Origin: Rubrobacteraceae bacterium
GTDB lineage: Bacteria > Actinomycetota > Rubrobacteria > Rubrobacterales > Rubrobacteraceae
DNA length: 64,000 nt
Direction: 5' to 3'
Assembly (NCBI GenBank): GCA_965214435.1
Contig: OZ243960.1
Coordinates: 1,687,330-1,751,329 of the forward strand
Shown one piece after another: positions 10,100 through 19,585 of the stretch. Both the position numbers and the translations under genes were made by a program. A model generated the notes under the pieces. It was not told where the DNA came from, did no database searches, and was given only the letters and a program-made list of their open reading frames with translations. How positions within the stretch are numbered: the first letter of the stretch is position 1; every line of letters begins with the position of its first letter.

Positions 10100-11062
10100 A
10101 TGGAGGGTGCTATGGAAGAACGGGAGATCAGGGTAATCAAGGACGGCCGGGAGACCCCGTTCTCCCGGGGCATACTGGCCCAGACCCTAGCCCAGGCCGG
10201 GGCCCGGATCGAGGTGGCCCACCGGATCGCCGGCGAGCTCCGCACGGAGCTTTTAGACGAGGAACGCTTCGCGGTCGAGGAGGAAGAGGTGCTCGCCCGC
10301 GTCCGGTCAAAGCTACAGAAGACCGACGCCCTGGTGGTCGCCCGCCTCGACCGGTGGCGCATATTGCGCCAGTCCACCGAACCTATAGTGGTCCTGATCG
10401 GGGGTTCGACCGGGGTCGGTACCAGCACGCTGGCCGCCGACGTCGCCCGCCGCTTGAATATCCAGAGCGTTATCGGGACCGACGCCATCCGCGAGGTGTT
10501 GCGCAGGGCGGTAAGCCCAGCCCTGCTCCCGATACTCCACAAAAGCTCTTATGGGGTAAAGCGGGAGGACATCCGGGTGCCGATAGCCGAGGATGAGCGG
10601 GTGCTCTACGGCTTCCGGGCTCAGGCTTCGCAGGTGTCGGTCGGGATCGAGGCCATCGTCGACCGGGGGCTCAAGGAGGGCACGAACCTGGTCATCGAGG
10701 GGGTTCACCTCGCACCGGAGATAATCCTCGACCGCTACAAAGACCACCCGAACGTCTGCTCGCTAGTCGTCTACCTCTCCAACGAGCGGGTTCACCGCAA
10801 CCGGTTCCACGTGCGGGCTTTGGGGACCTCGATGCGCCGCCCCGCAGAGGAGTACATCGCGCATTTCAAGGAGATACGCCAGATCCACGACTACTTTGTC
10901 GAGAGTGCGGGCCGGGTCGGTATACGGACGGTTGAGAACCTGTCCATTGAGGCCGCCTCCGATGCGGCGGTGGAGATTGTCGCCGAGCGGATCTCCGGGA
11001 TAGCGGAGACGGCCCGCCAGCGGAAATCCTCGCTGCTCCTGGATGCCCGAACCGGCCACTAG
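10100..11062 (+). CDS. 2-phosphoglycerate kinase-like protein (ATP-cone plus P-loop kinase)
   Basis: N-terminal ATP-cone-like IRVIKDGRETPFSRGILAQTL. Walker A is GGSTGVGTST, followed by SVIGTDAIREVLR. Confidence 0.65.
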   Translation: MEGAMEEREIRVIKDGRETPFSRGILAQTLAQAGARIEVAHRIAGELRTELLDEERFAVEEEEVLARVRSKLQKTDALVVARLDRWRILRQSTEPIVVLIGGSTGVGTSTLAADVARRLNIQSVIGTDAIREVLRRAVSPALLPILHKSSYGVKREDIRVPIAEDERVLYGFRAQASQVSVGIEAIVDRGLKEGTNLVIEGVHLAPEIILDRYKDHPNVCSLVVYLSNERVHRNRFHVRALGTSMRRPAEEYIAHFKEIRQIHDYFVESAGRVGIRTVENLSIEAASDAAVEIVAERISGIAETARQRKSSLLLDARTGH

Positions 11063-11141
11063 CCTCCAGGTTACCCCGGGCTATCCCAAGCGCTTGCCGG
11101 AGGAGTAGAATATAGAGAGTACTCCAGGAGGTAGACAAGCC

Positions 11142-11645
11142 GTGCTCGACAAACAGAACTTGAGAAACTTCGTCCTTGGTGGTTTGGCCGGTGCCATCGC
11201 CGGTATACTGCTCGCCCCCCGCAGCGGACAGGAATTGCGGGGCTCTATAGTCTCGCGGGCCGGAGAGGTGCGCGAGCGGGGCCGAGAAACATACTTCGAG
11301 GCCCGTGAAAAAGCCCAGGAGCGGTTTTCCGGAAAGGGAGAGCCCTACCACCAGGCTTCCACGGAACCTTTCCCCGAAGAACCTATCTGGGAAGAGAGGG
11401 TGCCGGAAACGGAGCCTTCCCTTGCGGAGCCTTCCTTTGAAGACGAGGCCGCCGTCGGCCGGACCTCCTCCGGGGCGATACCAATGCCCGGAGACTCGAC
11501 TCCTTCCCGGCCGTCGCTCCGGGACGTGTCCCGCGACGCACCTCTGGAACCGTCCGAAGAAAAGACCGAAGACCTGAAACGCAGGATAGAAGAGACAAAG
11601 GCCCGGCTCCGGCGGGAGATCCCCAGGGAGGACCGGGGTGTTTAG
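11142..11645 (+). CDS. YtxH domain-containing protein
   Basis: N-terminal FVLGGLAGAIAGILLAPRSGQELR is the typical YtxH helix. The rest is a charged low-complexity tail. GTG start. Confidence 0.6.
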   Translation: MLDKQNLRNFVLGGLAGAIAGILLAPRSGQELRGSIVSRAGEVRERGRETYFEAREKAQERFSGKGEPYHQASTEPFPEEPIWEERVPETEPSLAEPSFEDEAAVGRTSSGAIPMPGDSTPSRPSLRDVSRDAPLEPSEEKTEDLKRRIEETKARLRREIPREDRGV

Positions 11646-11702
11646 CTTCACCGGCGTAACGGGCTACCAGCAGGGTACGGGGAGTGGAGAGGTTCGAGCC
11701 TG

Positions 11703-12389
11703 ATGTCTTTTACGCCGATGGTCTCCGAGATAACCGCCGAGGACGCCAGCGGAGTACCGGGTCTGGAAGGCGTGGTGGCCTACTGGACCGGGGGTGAGTA
11801 CCCGGCTCGCGAGTGGCTTAGAGAAGTCGGGACGACTTGGGGAGCCGCGAGCCTCGCGCTCCGCCAGGATAAAAAGCTGCTCGGGTACGTGTTGTACGCC
11901 CCGGCAAAGTACCTCTCCCGCTCCTCCCGTTATCCGCTAGGCCCCCTGCACGAAGATACGGTGCTCCTGGCCCACATAAGCGGCGATACGCGAACGCGCC
12001 GGCACCTGCTGGTCCGCATGCTCCGGGACCTCCGCGGTCGGAACCTCATGGAGGTCGAAGCTATTGCGAGCGACCCCGGCCTCTCCCGGCACCCTTCTAC
12101 CCGGTTTATGCTGGAAAATGGCTGGCAGCCGGTCCGTCGGGGGTATTACCGGGCTCTACCGTACACCCTGGTCCACCGGGACTTGGGTAGCGCCGTCGAG
12201 GTCCGGGAGGTTGCCCGGGAGCTTATGGGAAAGGTAAGGTTACCGGTGCTCCGCAGAAAGCCCGTCCCGGCTTTTAGCAAGTCTCGCCGGACAGCGGCTC
12301 AAGTGTCGAGCGGCAGAACCGCGGTTTTCACGGTGGATAGGCCGCCCGAAGCCGCGGCCCGGACCTCGACGATCCGCTGCGGGTACTGA
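11703..12389 (+). CDS. Hypothetical protein, possibly GNAT-fold
   Basis: 228-aa ORF. The central region (LLGYVLYAP...FMLENGWQPV) resembles an acetyltransferase fold. The last ~30 codons are antisense to the next gene and look non-native. Confidence 0.4.
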   Translation: MSFTPMVSEITAEDASGVPGLEGVVAYWTGGEYPAREWLREVGTTWGAASLALRQDKKLLGYVLYAPAKYLSRSSRYPLGPLHEDTVLLAHISGDTRTRRHLLVRMLRDLRGRNLMEVEAIASDPGLSRHPSTRFMLENGWQPVRRGYYRALPYTLVHRDLGSAVEVREVARELMGKVRLPVLRRKPVPAFSKSRRTAAQVSSGRTAVFTVDRPPEAAARTSTIRCGY

Positions 12390-12811
12390 GGCTCTCCGGG
12401 CTCCCCCGCAACCGGCGGGCCCGTGGGAGAGAGATCTACGCCGTCGAACCGGACGGTCCGTGAACTGTCCGCGGCTATTCCGTCTACCGTTTGCTCGTAG
12501 CGGCGGGTTCCGGGTTGAGCGGTGTTGCCGGACTCTACCGTAACCGTAAGCTCCACCCGACCGAGCTTCTCGTCACCCCGGTTTATAACGTCGATCTCCA
12601 GGCTTTGATCCCCTTCCGGTTTCAGGTCTTCAAGCTGGTTAGTGTTCAGCCCGAGACCTAGCCGCGGACCGGGCTCCGGTTCCTCCCGGGTGCGCGGGGT
12701 GAGACTCCGCTCTGAAGTCTGACGGCCGAGGTCGGCTAGCAGCAAGAAAGCGCCCGAGGTCACCGCAAAGGCTATTAGCGCCCCTAAAGACCAGAAAAGG
12801 AAGCCTCTCAC
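12299..12811 (-). CDS. Membrane-anchored hypothetical protein, last gene of the RR-HK-lipoprotein operon
   Basis: GTG start 2 nt after the upstream stop, with a GGGAGAG SD. N-terminal TM FLFWSLGALIAFAVTSGAFLLLA, then a beta-rich ectodomain. Confidence 0.55.
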   Translation of the reverse strand: MRGFLFWSLGALIAFAVTSGAFLLLADLGRQTSERSLTPRTREEPEPGPRLGLGLNTNQLEDLKPEGDQSLEIDVINRGDEKLGRVELTVTVESGNTAQPGTRRYEQTVDGIAADSSRTVRFDGVDLSPTGPPVAGEPGEPQYPQRIVEVRAAASGGLSTVKTAVLPLDT

Positions 12812-12813
12812 GC

Positions 12814-14088
12814 CTACTCTCCCGCCGGTGCAGGCGTTTCCGCCGGGACCTCGTAGAGGTTGTAGAACTCCTCTAACAAATTCTCCACCGGGGCGTCATA
12901 CACCTCGGGGCCGGAGAGAATGCCGCGGGCTATGATCGCCACGGACTCACCGTCTGGGGACCAGGCCAGGTTCTCCGGTTCGGCTTTTATCTCCATGCTC
13001 TCGTTAACGGTGACGGCGTTCAACTCTTCCGCCTGGAGATCCAGCACGTAGAGGTTGGTCGACGAACTCGGGTTTCTCCTGCCGACTATCGCGAGCTGAT
13101 CTCCCTCAGGCGAGACCCGCAGGCTCGACGCCACAAAGTCCTCCCCGACCCCCGTTACCGGCTCCGGGGCTGCCGAACCATCCGGTGGTATCCGGTACAG
13201 GGTGTAGAGTCCCGCCTTGTCTTCGCTACCGGACTCGCCTTTCTCCCCGGCCACGTAGTAGATGCCCTGGGAGGTCAACTGTGGCTCCCCTAGCACCTCG
13301 AACTTGTCACCGAGGCGGGCCACGGTCCGGACCTCGTCTTGAAAAAGATCGTAGACCTGTATCCTGAACCGCCCGGGAGCGGCTTTTTCCTGCGTTGCCA
13401 CTACCGCCTGCCGTCCGTCCGGGGAAATGGACAAACCCGTTACCCGGCCTTCTACGAGGATCCCGTAAGGTTGGTAAGAGTCTCCCGTTACGAGGCCGAG
13501 TTCGGTCTGGTAGGGGGCGACCTCTGTGGCCGCAACGACCGACTCGTGTCCCGGCGTCGGGCTTATCGCCCGGGCTTCTCCAGATACCTCCTGGACTTCC
13601 AGAGCGTCTCCCGGAGTAGCACTGTAGACGGTCAGCGCTTTTTGGGCCGCCGTTTCGGGAGCCTCCGGTGGTCCCGGTGTAGTGACGGGCTGTGGAGGAG
13701 CCAGAATCGTCAGGCTTTCTCCCGAGACGTTCCACTCGACCCTTGTAGCCCCGAACTCCTCCGGTGTCTGGCGGGTGGAGGCCCGGCCGTAGAGCGGTTT
13801 GTCGACCGCGTAACCGTCCACGACGAACGCCAGCTCTTCTCCGGAGGGGTGCCAGCTCGGGGAGCTTTTATCTCCGGGTCCGAAGCTCAAAGGCTGGACG
13901 CCGGGACCGAGGTTCGGGGCGTCGCTGTCACGCTCGGCCGGGGCCGCTGGTATTGAGCGCTTTTCAACGGACAACCCACAGCCGACCGCGAGCAGCACGA
14001 GGGTGGCGAGCACCGCGGCGTGCGCGCTGACGCGTGCGCTGGCACGTGCGCTGACGCTGTGCCGGATGTCCCGGTCTCTACATCGCAT
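12814..14088 (-). CDS. LpqB/TolB-like beta-propeller lipoprotein
   Basis: Lipobox LLAVGC after a signal sequence. Repeated PD40-like motifs: SWHPSGEELAFV, ISPDGRQAVVAT, VSPEGDQLAIVG, AWSPDGESVAIIA. The ATG at 14088 overlaps the kinase stop (ATGCGATGTAG). Confidence 0.7.
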   Translation of the reverse strand: MRCRDRDIRHSVSARASARVSAHAAVLATLVLLAVGCGLSVEKRSIPAAPAERDSDAPNLGPGVQPLSFGPGDKSSPSWHPSGEELAFVVDGYAVDKPLYGRASTRQTPEEFGATRVEWNVSGESLTILAPPQPVTTPGPPEAPETAAQKALTVYSATPGDALEVQEVSGEARAISPTPGHESVVAATEVAPYQTELGLVTGDSYQPYGILVEGRVTGLSISPDGRQAVVATQEKAAPGRFRIQVYDLFQDEVRTVARLGDKFEVLGEPQLTSQGIYYVAGEKGESGSEDKAGLYTLYRIPPDGSAAPEPVTGVGEDFVASSLRVSPEGDQLAIVGRRNPSSSTNLYVLDLQAEELNAVTVNESMEIKAEPENLAWSPDGESVAIIARGILSGPEVYDAPVENLLEEFYNLYEVPAETPAPAGE

Positions 14089-15973
14089 AGTTGGCGGAGC
14101 GGGGAAGCGGGGCTTTCGGTATGCGGATATCAAACTCCGAGCCCACGCCGAGCTCGCTCTTCACAGAGATCTCGCCTCCGTGGAGCTCGACTATCTCCCG
14201 GCTGATCGCCAGCCCGAGACCGCTGCCCCCGGTGGACCGCGAGCGGTCCTTGTTCACCCGGTAGAACCTCTCAAAAAGCTGCGGCAAATCTTCTTGCGGA
14301 ATGCCCGAACCCGTATCCTTTACCCGCGCGTCTACAAAGCCGTCGTCTTCTTCCACGGAGATCTCCACGCGGGTGCCCGGGTCGGAGTACTTGATCGCGT
14401 TGTCCAGTAGGTTGAGGAATACCTGGTAGAGCTTCTGGGCATCGCAGACGCACGGGTGCTCTCCACTATCCTCGAAGCTTATAACAATGCCGAATCGCTC
14501 GGCCTTGGTCTCCACGCTGTCTATAGAGCTTTGAATGACTTCCGTGAGGTGTGCCGGGCCGACCTCCAGAGCGTACTGCCAGGAGTCCATCTGGGCCAGG
14601 GTAAGGAGCTCTTCGACCATCCCCCGGACCCGCTCCAGCTCTCCCTCCGCAAGCTCCAGCGCCCGGTGCTCGACCGCGCCCATCTTCTCCCGCGTCCGGC
14701 CTATGAGGTCCACCGCGCTCTGAATGGTGGTGAGCGGCGTGCGCAGCTCGTGGGAGACGTCCGACACGAAGGCCGTTTTGGACCTCTCCAGCGACCGGTG
14801 CTCGGTAATGTCCCGGACCGCGAGTATGATGCCCCCGGAGCCGGCTCCTTCGATGCTAGCCTCTCCGGCCAGACCGCTCTCTTTCTCGCCCCCCATCTGG
14901 GCCGCGTAAGCCCAGAGAGTTTTGTCGTCGTCTTCGATCTCCCGGACGGCGCTTCCGGTCCTTGCGGCCTCGCGCACGCACTGGAGGACGCCGTCTGGCA
15001 CCCCGAGCGTCTCCAGCCGGTTGCCGAAGTTCGCCATGCGGACGCCGAGCATCCGGGCGGCGGCCGGGTTCGCCATCGTTACGCGGCCGTCCGTATCAGT
15101 CGCGACCACCGCCTCCGGAGAGGCCGCCAGTACCGCTTCGAGCCGGGATTTCTGCTCCTGGATCTCACCGACGTAGTGCTCTATCTCCTCGGCCATGTAG
15201 TTAAACGCCTCGGACAACTGCCCGAGCTCGTCCCGCCGCTCGACCGGGACGGACCGGTAATCCCCAGACGCCACCCGGATGGCCGCATCCCGGGTATTGG
15301 ACAACGGCCGGGTTATCTGGCGGGCCAGCACGAGGCTCGCCGCTCCCGCGAGGAGTATGCTCGCCCCGATGGCCCCAAGTATTCCCCACCGCAGGGAAGC
15401 CAGCGTCTGATCCAGGGTGTCCCGCGGGGTGTAGTAGACCATAAAGCCCTGCCCAACCCCATCCGTATCCGCCAGCGGCCAGATGGTCATGTACCGTGGC
15501 CCCTGTCCCGGAGTCTGCAGAAACAACCCGCCGGATGTCTTGCTAGCTTCTTCCAGAGTCGCTCTGTCGAGACCCAACCGCCGATAAGTCTCCTCCGGAG
15601 AAGCCGGCTCGCCCTCGTTGCGGGCTACCAGCAGTTCGCCACCCGGCCCTACGTACAAGACCCCGAGCCCCGTCAGGTCTACCGAGCGGACCAACTCCTC
15701 GGCGTAGCTCTCGGGCGCCGGTATGGTGCGGTCTTCCGGGTTGCGCAGACCCGCGATAAATTCCGTGGCCCCGGCGTTTGCCATCCTGGAGCGCTCTTCC
15801 AGGGCTTCGGTCTCCGCCGTTACCAGCCGGGTACCGGCGAAGTAGTAGAGCACGAGTCCGATAGCCAGGCTCGTAATGGCCGAGATGCCGACGAGCGCCA
15901 CGAAGATCCGGGTTTTAAAAGATAGGGCCGGAAACGGGCTACGCTTTAGACGTTTTATCGGTTTCTCTTCCAA
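14078..15973 (-). CDS. Sensor histidine kinase (2 TM, HAMP, PAS, HisKA, HATPase_c), MtrB-like by context
   Basis: H-box SHELRTPLTTI. N box LLDNAIKYS. G boxes DTGSGIP and GGSGLGLAI. PAS-like segment AVVATDTDGRVTMANPAAARMLG. Confidence 0.9.
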   Translation of the reverse strand: MEEKPIKRLKRSPFPALSFKTRIFVALVGISAITSLAIGLVLYYFAGTRLVTAETEALEERSRMANAGATEFIAGLRNPEDRTIPAPESYAEELVRSVDLTGLGVLYVGPGGELLVARNEGEPASPEETYRRLGLDRATLEEASKTSGGLFLQTPGQGPRYMTIWPLADTDGVGQGFMVYYTPRDTLDQTLASLRWGILGAIGASILLAGAASLVLARQITRPLSNTRDAAIRVASGDYRSVPVERRDELGQLSEAFNYMAEEIEHYVGEIQEQKSRLEAVLAASPEAVVATDTDGRVTMANPAAARMLGVRMANFGNRLETLGVPDGVLQCVREAARTGSAVREIEDDDKTLWAYAAQMGGEKESGLAGEASIEGAGSGGIILAVRDITEHRSLERSKTAFVSDVSHELRTPLTTIQSAVDLIGRTREKMGAVEHRALELAEGELERVRGMVEELLTLAQMDSWQYALEVGPAHLTEVIQSSIDSVETKAERFGIVISFEDSGEHPCVCDAQKLYQVFLNLLDNAIKYSDPGTRVEISVEEDDGFVDARVKDTGSGIPQEDLPQLFERFYRVNKDRSRSTGGSGLGLAISREIVELHGGEISVKSELGVGSEFDIRIPKAPLPRSANYAM

Positions 15974-15982
15974 CGTTGGCTC

Positions 15983-16738
15983 TCAGGCTTCCTCGCTGAG
16001 GTTCCGGTTCGCCCGGTAGCCGACGCTCGGCACGGTCTGGACTATTCGCGGCTTGGATGGGTCGCTTTCTATCTTGCCCCGCAACCTTGAGATGTGTACG
16101 TCTATATAGCGGCTAGCCAGGTAGTGGGAGCCGGTCGAAACCGCGTCCGAGATCTGGGTCCGTGTAAAAGCCTGTCCAGGACGTCGGATAAGGAGTGCCA
16201 GAATCTTGAACTCCGTCGGCGTCAGGTCCAGGGGGTTCCCGTCCCGGGTCACCGTGTAAGCGTTGGGGTCGAGCTCCAGAGGACCGAGCCTGAGACCTCC
16301 CCGGCTCCCGCTCCCCTGCTGCCGCCCAAAGCGCCGGAGGATAGCCTTGATCCGGGCCAACAACTCCTTGGTATCGAACGGCTTGGTCAGGTAATCGTCG
16401 GCCCCGAGCTCCAGCCCGACCACCTTGTCCACCGACTGACTTTTGGCCGTTAACATCACGACCGGTACGTCGCTGGTCTCCCGTAGCTTCTTTAGTACCT
16501 CAAACCCGCTCATCTTCGGCAACATGATGTCGAGTACCACGAGATCCAGAGATTCCCGGTCGACAACCTTTAAAGCCTCCGTACCATCAGCGGCTGTAAG
16601 CACCTCGTAACCTTCCGAAGCGAGCACGATAGACATCACCTCAAGGAGCGCCGCGTCGTCATCGACCACCAAAACCGTTTCTTCCACGTTCCTTGAAAAC
16701 TCCTCCCGGCCGGTGCCCATCCGGACCACCACGCTCAC
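15983..16738 (-). CDS. OmpR/PhoB-family response regulator, MtrA-like by context
   Basis: Receiver domain VLVVDDD...LDLVVLDIMLPKMSG...LTAK plus a winged-helix output domain (IQTVPSVGYR). The alternative ATG at 16720 has the better SD (GGTGGT). Confidence 0.9.
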   Translation of the reverse strand: MSVVVRMGTGREEFSRNVEETVLVVDDDAALLEVMSIVLASEGYEVLTAADGTEALKVVDRESLDLVVLDIMLPKMSGFEVLKKLRETSDVPVVMLTAKSQSVDKVVGLELGADDYLTKPFDTKELLARIKAILRRFGRQQGSGSRGGLRLGPLELDPNAYTVTRDGNPLDLTPTEFKILALLIRRPGQAFTRTQISDAVSTGSHYLASRYIDVHISRLRGKIESDPSKPRIVQTVPSVGYRANRNLSEEA

Positions 16739-16843
16739 CGTACAACTACCAGACTACTAATACTACTCCAGACAACGCCTCGTAACCGCAATATCTCTCT
16801 GAAATATGGTTCCTCACCGGAGTGGTCTGTCCAGTTTCCAAAC

Positions 16844-16872
16844 TTGAAGGTGGCACGCTTAGATTTTATACT
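16844..16872 (+). promoter_or_regulatory. Candidate sigma-70-type promoter of the dnaK operon
   Basis: TTGAAG-N17-TATACT lies 44 nt upstream of the dnaK ATG. It is nearly identical in layout to the groEL promoter candidate (TTGAAT-N17-TATACT). Confidence 0.5.
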
Positions 16873-16915
16873 ACCGAGGACTAAGAAATTACGTGTCCTT
16901 TGAAGAGGAGACTTT

Positions 16916-18826
16916 ATGGGCAAGAGCATTGGCATAGACCTGGGAACCACGAACAGTTGCGTGGCGGTTTTGGAGGGCGGTGACCCGGTTGTCATAACCA
17001 ACTCCGAGGGTGAGCGCACGACGCCGTCGGTTGTGGCGTTCGACCGCAAGAGCGGGGAGCGGCTAGTCGGGCAGATAGCCCGCCGGCAGGCGGTAACGAA
17101 CCCGGAGCGCACCATCTACTCGATAAAGCGCTTTATGGGCCTGCGCTACGACAGCGTCCCCGAGGAAGTCCGGCGCGTCGGCTACGAGATCACGCGGGCC
17201 TCCGACGGTGACCTTAACGTTAAAGTAGAAGATAAGAACTATGCTCCGCCGGAGATCTCCGCAATGGTCCTGCAGAAGCTCAAGCGGGATGCGGAGGAGT
17301 ACCTGGGCGAAGAGGTGACCGAGGCGGTCATCACGGTGCCGGCGTACTTCGAGGACGCCCAGCGCCAGGCGACCAAGGACGCCGGTAGGATCGCGGGCCT
17401 CGACGTAAAGCGGATCGTTAACGAGCCGACGGCCGCGGCCCTGGCTTACGGCCTCGACAAGGAGAGCGACCAGACGATCCTGGTCTTCGACCTCGGCGGC
17501 GGTACGTTCGACGTCTCCATCCTGGAGCTCGGCGAGGGTGTTTTCGAGGTCAAGGCGACCAGTGGTAACAACCACCTCGGCGGCGACGACTTCGACCAGA
17601 AGATCGTCGAGTGGCTCACGTCGGAGTTCAAGAAGGCCGAGGGTATAGACCTCTCGAAGGACAAGATGGCGACCCAGCGGCTCGTCGAGGCAGCGGAGAA
17701 GGCAAAGCGCGAGCTTTCCTCGACGACCAGCACCTCGATAAACTTGCCGTTTATCACGGCGGACCAGAACGGCCCGAAGCACCTCGACCTGACGCTCTCG
17801 CGGTCGCAGTTCAACAAGCTGACGGCGGACCTCGTCGAGGGGACGGCCGGCCCGGTCCGGCAGGCTATGTCCGACGCGGGCCTCAAGGCCGGAGACGTCG
17901 ACCAGGTAATACTGGTCGGGGGTTCGATCCGGATTCCCGCGGTCCAGGACAAGGTCAAGGAGATCACCGGCAAGGAGCCGCATCGGGGCATCAACCCGGA
18001 CGAGGTCGTCGCCATCGGGGCCGCCATCCAGGCCGGCGTGCTCGCGGGTGAGGTAAAGGACGTACTACTCCTCGACGTGACTCCGCTCTCGCTCGGCATC
18101 GAGACCAAGGGCGGTGTCTTTACCAAGCTCATCGAGCGGAACACCACTATACCTACCCGTAAGGGTGAGACTTTCACCACCGCCGACGACAATCAGAACT
18201 CGGTCGAGATCAAGGTGTACCAGGGCGAGCGGGAGATGGCGGCTTACAACAAGCTGATCGGCAACTTCCAGCTCGTCGGGCTGCCGCCGGCACCGCGGGG
18301 CATACCCCAGATCGAGGTCTCGTTCGACATCGACGCCAACGGCATCGTGAACGTCGGGGCCAAGGACCTCGGGACCGGCAAGGAGCAGCGGATCACGATC
18401 ACCGCTTCCGGCGGTCTCTCGGACTCGGAAATCCATCAGATGATGCAGGACGCCGAGTCTCACGCCGAGGAAGATCAGCGCCGCCGCGAGGAGGCCGACG
18501 TCCGCAACAGCGCCGACAACCTGGTGTACACGGTCGAGCGTTCGCTCGGCGAGGTCAACGGCAAGGTCGACGTCAATACTAAAAACGAGACCGAGCAGGC
18601 CCTCAAAGAAGCCAAGGAGGCCCTCGCTGGCAACGATATAGAGGAGATCCGGCAGAAGCAGGAGACGTTGCAGGCGGCTTCGTACAAGATGTCCGAGGTG
18701 CTGTACCAGCAGAACCAGCAGGAGGAAACCTCTGGCGGGTCTGGCGGCACCGCCACCTCCGAGGAAGACGTGGTCGAGGACGCCGAGATTATAGACGAGG
18801 ACGAAGAAGAGCGGCGCCAGCAGTAG
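16916..18826 (+). CDS. dnaK: Molecular chaperone DnaK (Hsp70)
   Basis: 636 aa. [23 protein letters not shown] and [15 protein letters not shown], with an acidic C-terminal tail. Confidence 0.98.
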   Translation: MGKSIGIDLGTTNSCVAVLEGGDPVVITNSEGERTTPSVVAFDRKSGERLVGQIARRQAVTNPERTIYSIKRFMGLRYDSVPEEVRRVGYEITRASDGDLNVKVEDKNYAPPEISAMVLQKLKRDAEEYLGEEVTEAVITVPAYFEDAQRQATKDAGRIAGLDVKRIVNEPTAAALAYGLDKESDQTILVFDLGGGTFDVSILELGEGVFEVKATSGNNHLGGDDFDQKIVEWLTSEFKKAEGIDLSKDKMATQRLVEAAEKAKRELSSTTSTSINLPFITADQNGPKHLDLTLSRSQFNKLTADLVEGTAGPVRQAMSDAGLKAGDVDQVILVGGSIRIPAVQDKVKEITGKEPHRGINPDEVVAIGAAIQAGVLAGEVKDVLLLDVTPLSLGIETKGGVFTKLIERNTTIPTRKGETFTTADDNQNSVEIKVYQGEREMAAYNKLIGNFQLVGLPPAPRGIPQIEVSFDIDANGIVNVGAKDLGTGKEQRITITASGGLSDSEIHQMMQDAESHAEEDQRRREEADVRNSADNLVYTVERSLGEVNGKVDVNTKNETEQALKEAKEALAGNDIEEIRQKQETLQAASYKMSEVLYQQNQQEETSGGSGGTATSEEDVVEDAEIIDEDEEERRQQ

Positions 18827-18846
18827 TAGAGCGGGCGACCATCTTG

Positions 18847-18878
18847 CGGCCGGAGAAAGCGTCACTGCTCTCCGGCCG
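18847..18878 (+). other. Intercistronic stem-loop between dnaK and grpE
   Basis: CGGCCGGAGA-N12-TCTCCGGCCG, a perfect 10-bp stem with no U-tail. Confidence 0.4.
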
Positions 18879-18907
18879 TACCCCTCACGCGTGAAAATGG
18901 AGGACTA

Positions 18908-19576
18908 TTGACTAGCGAAGAGCAAAACCGCGAGGAGCGTCCCGAAGACTTTAACAAGGACGAAAACCTCCAGGGCGGTTCTCCCGCTGAAGATGTCATC
19001 GGCGGGCCTGCTGAAGCGGCCGGGACGGCGGAGACCGCTCCGGGTGAGGACCCGGGGGTCATACCCGGTTACCCGGAGGAACCGGAAGACGCCGAGCTGC
19101 CGATAGACGAGGCTGCCGGAGCCGGTCAGGAGCTAGCGGCCATCACCGAAGAGCTGGAAGCCACCCGCCGGGAGCGGGACGAGTACCTGGACAGCATGCG
19201 ACGGATAAAAGCCGAGTTCGATAACTCGCGCAAACGGCTGGAGCGGGAAAAGGTCCGGATACTAGAGACTGCCTCAGAGGCCCTGATAAAAGATCTTTTA
19301 CCAGTTATGGACAACCTGGACCGGGCTCTAGAGTCGGAGGGTGATATCCGCAACGGTGTGCGCGCCACCCGGGATCAGCTCGTAGCCATTCTAGGGCAGC
19401 AGGGGCTTACCCCTGTAGTCTCCGACGGCCAGAACTTCGATCCCAACGTCCACGAAGCCGTAATGGGCCAGCCCTCTGAAGAACATGAGGAAGGCACCGT
19501 CATACAGACCTTTGAGCGGGGCTATGTGCTGAACGGTAAGTCCATACGCCCGGCTAAGGTCGTAGTTGCACGATAG
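18908..19576 (+). CDS. grpE: Nucleotide exchange factor GrpE
   Basis: Coiled-coil region [28 protein letters not shown] and C-terminal beta domain [19 protein letters not shown] start. Confidence 0.9.
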   Translation: MTSEEQNREERPEDFNKDENLQGGSPAEDVIGGPAEAAGTAETAPGEDPGVIPGYPEEPEDAELPIDEAAGAGQELAAITEELEATRRERDEYLDSMRRIKAEFDNSRKRLEREKVRILETASEALIKDLLPVMDNLDRALESEGDIRNGVRATRDQLVAILGQQGLTPVVSDGQNFDPNVHEAVMGQPSEEHEEGTVIQTFERGYVLNGKSIRPAKVVVAR

Positions 19577-19585
19577 GTTTATGGT

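Noticed and set aside
14456-15925. Very long ORFs antisense to or overlapping confident genes. Examples are 14456-15925 (opposite the kinase), 17063-17983 and 17446-18192 (opposite dnaK), 53237-54457 (opposite groEL), 51804-52781, 47402-48313, 58017-58844, 9871-10542, 10866-11651 and 42571-43359.
   Set aside because: Their translations are Arg/Pro/Gly/Ala-rich low complexity with no motifs, and each lies opposite a gene with unmistakable family signatures. They are the typical stop-codon-poor shadow frames of a high-GC genome.
16843-16866. Possible HAIR (HspR operator), sigma-54 (-24 TGGCAC) or CIRCE half-site in CTTGAAGGTGGCACGCTTAGATTT upstream of dnaK.
   Set aside because: The right half GCTTAGA matches ACTCAAG at only 3 of 7 positions. 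There is no TTGC at the -12 spacing needed for sigma-54. There is no inverted partner for a CIRCE arm. The sequence is explained more simply as a -35/spacer of a sigma-70-type promoter.
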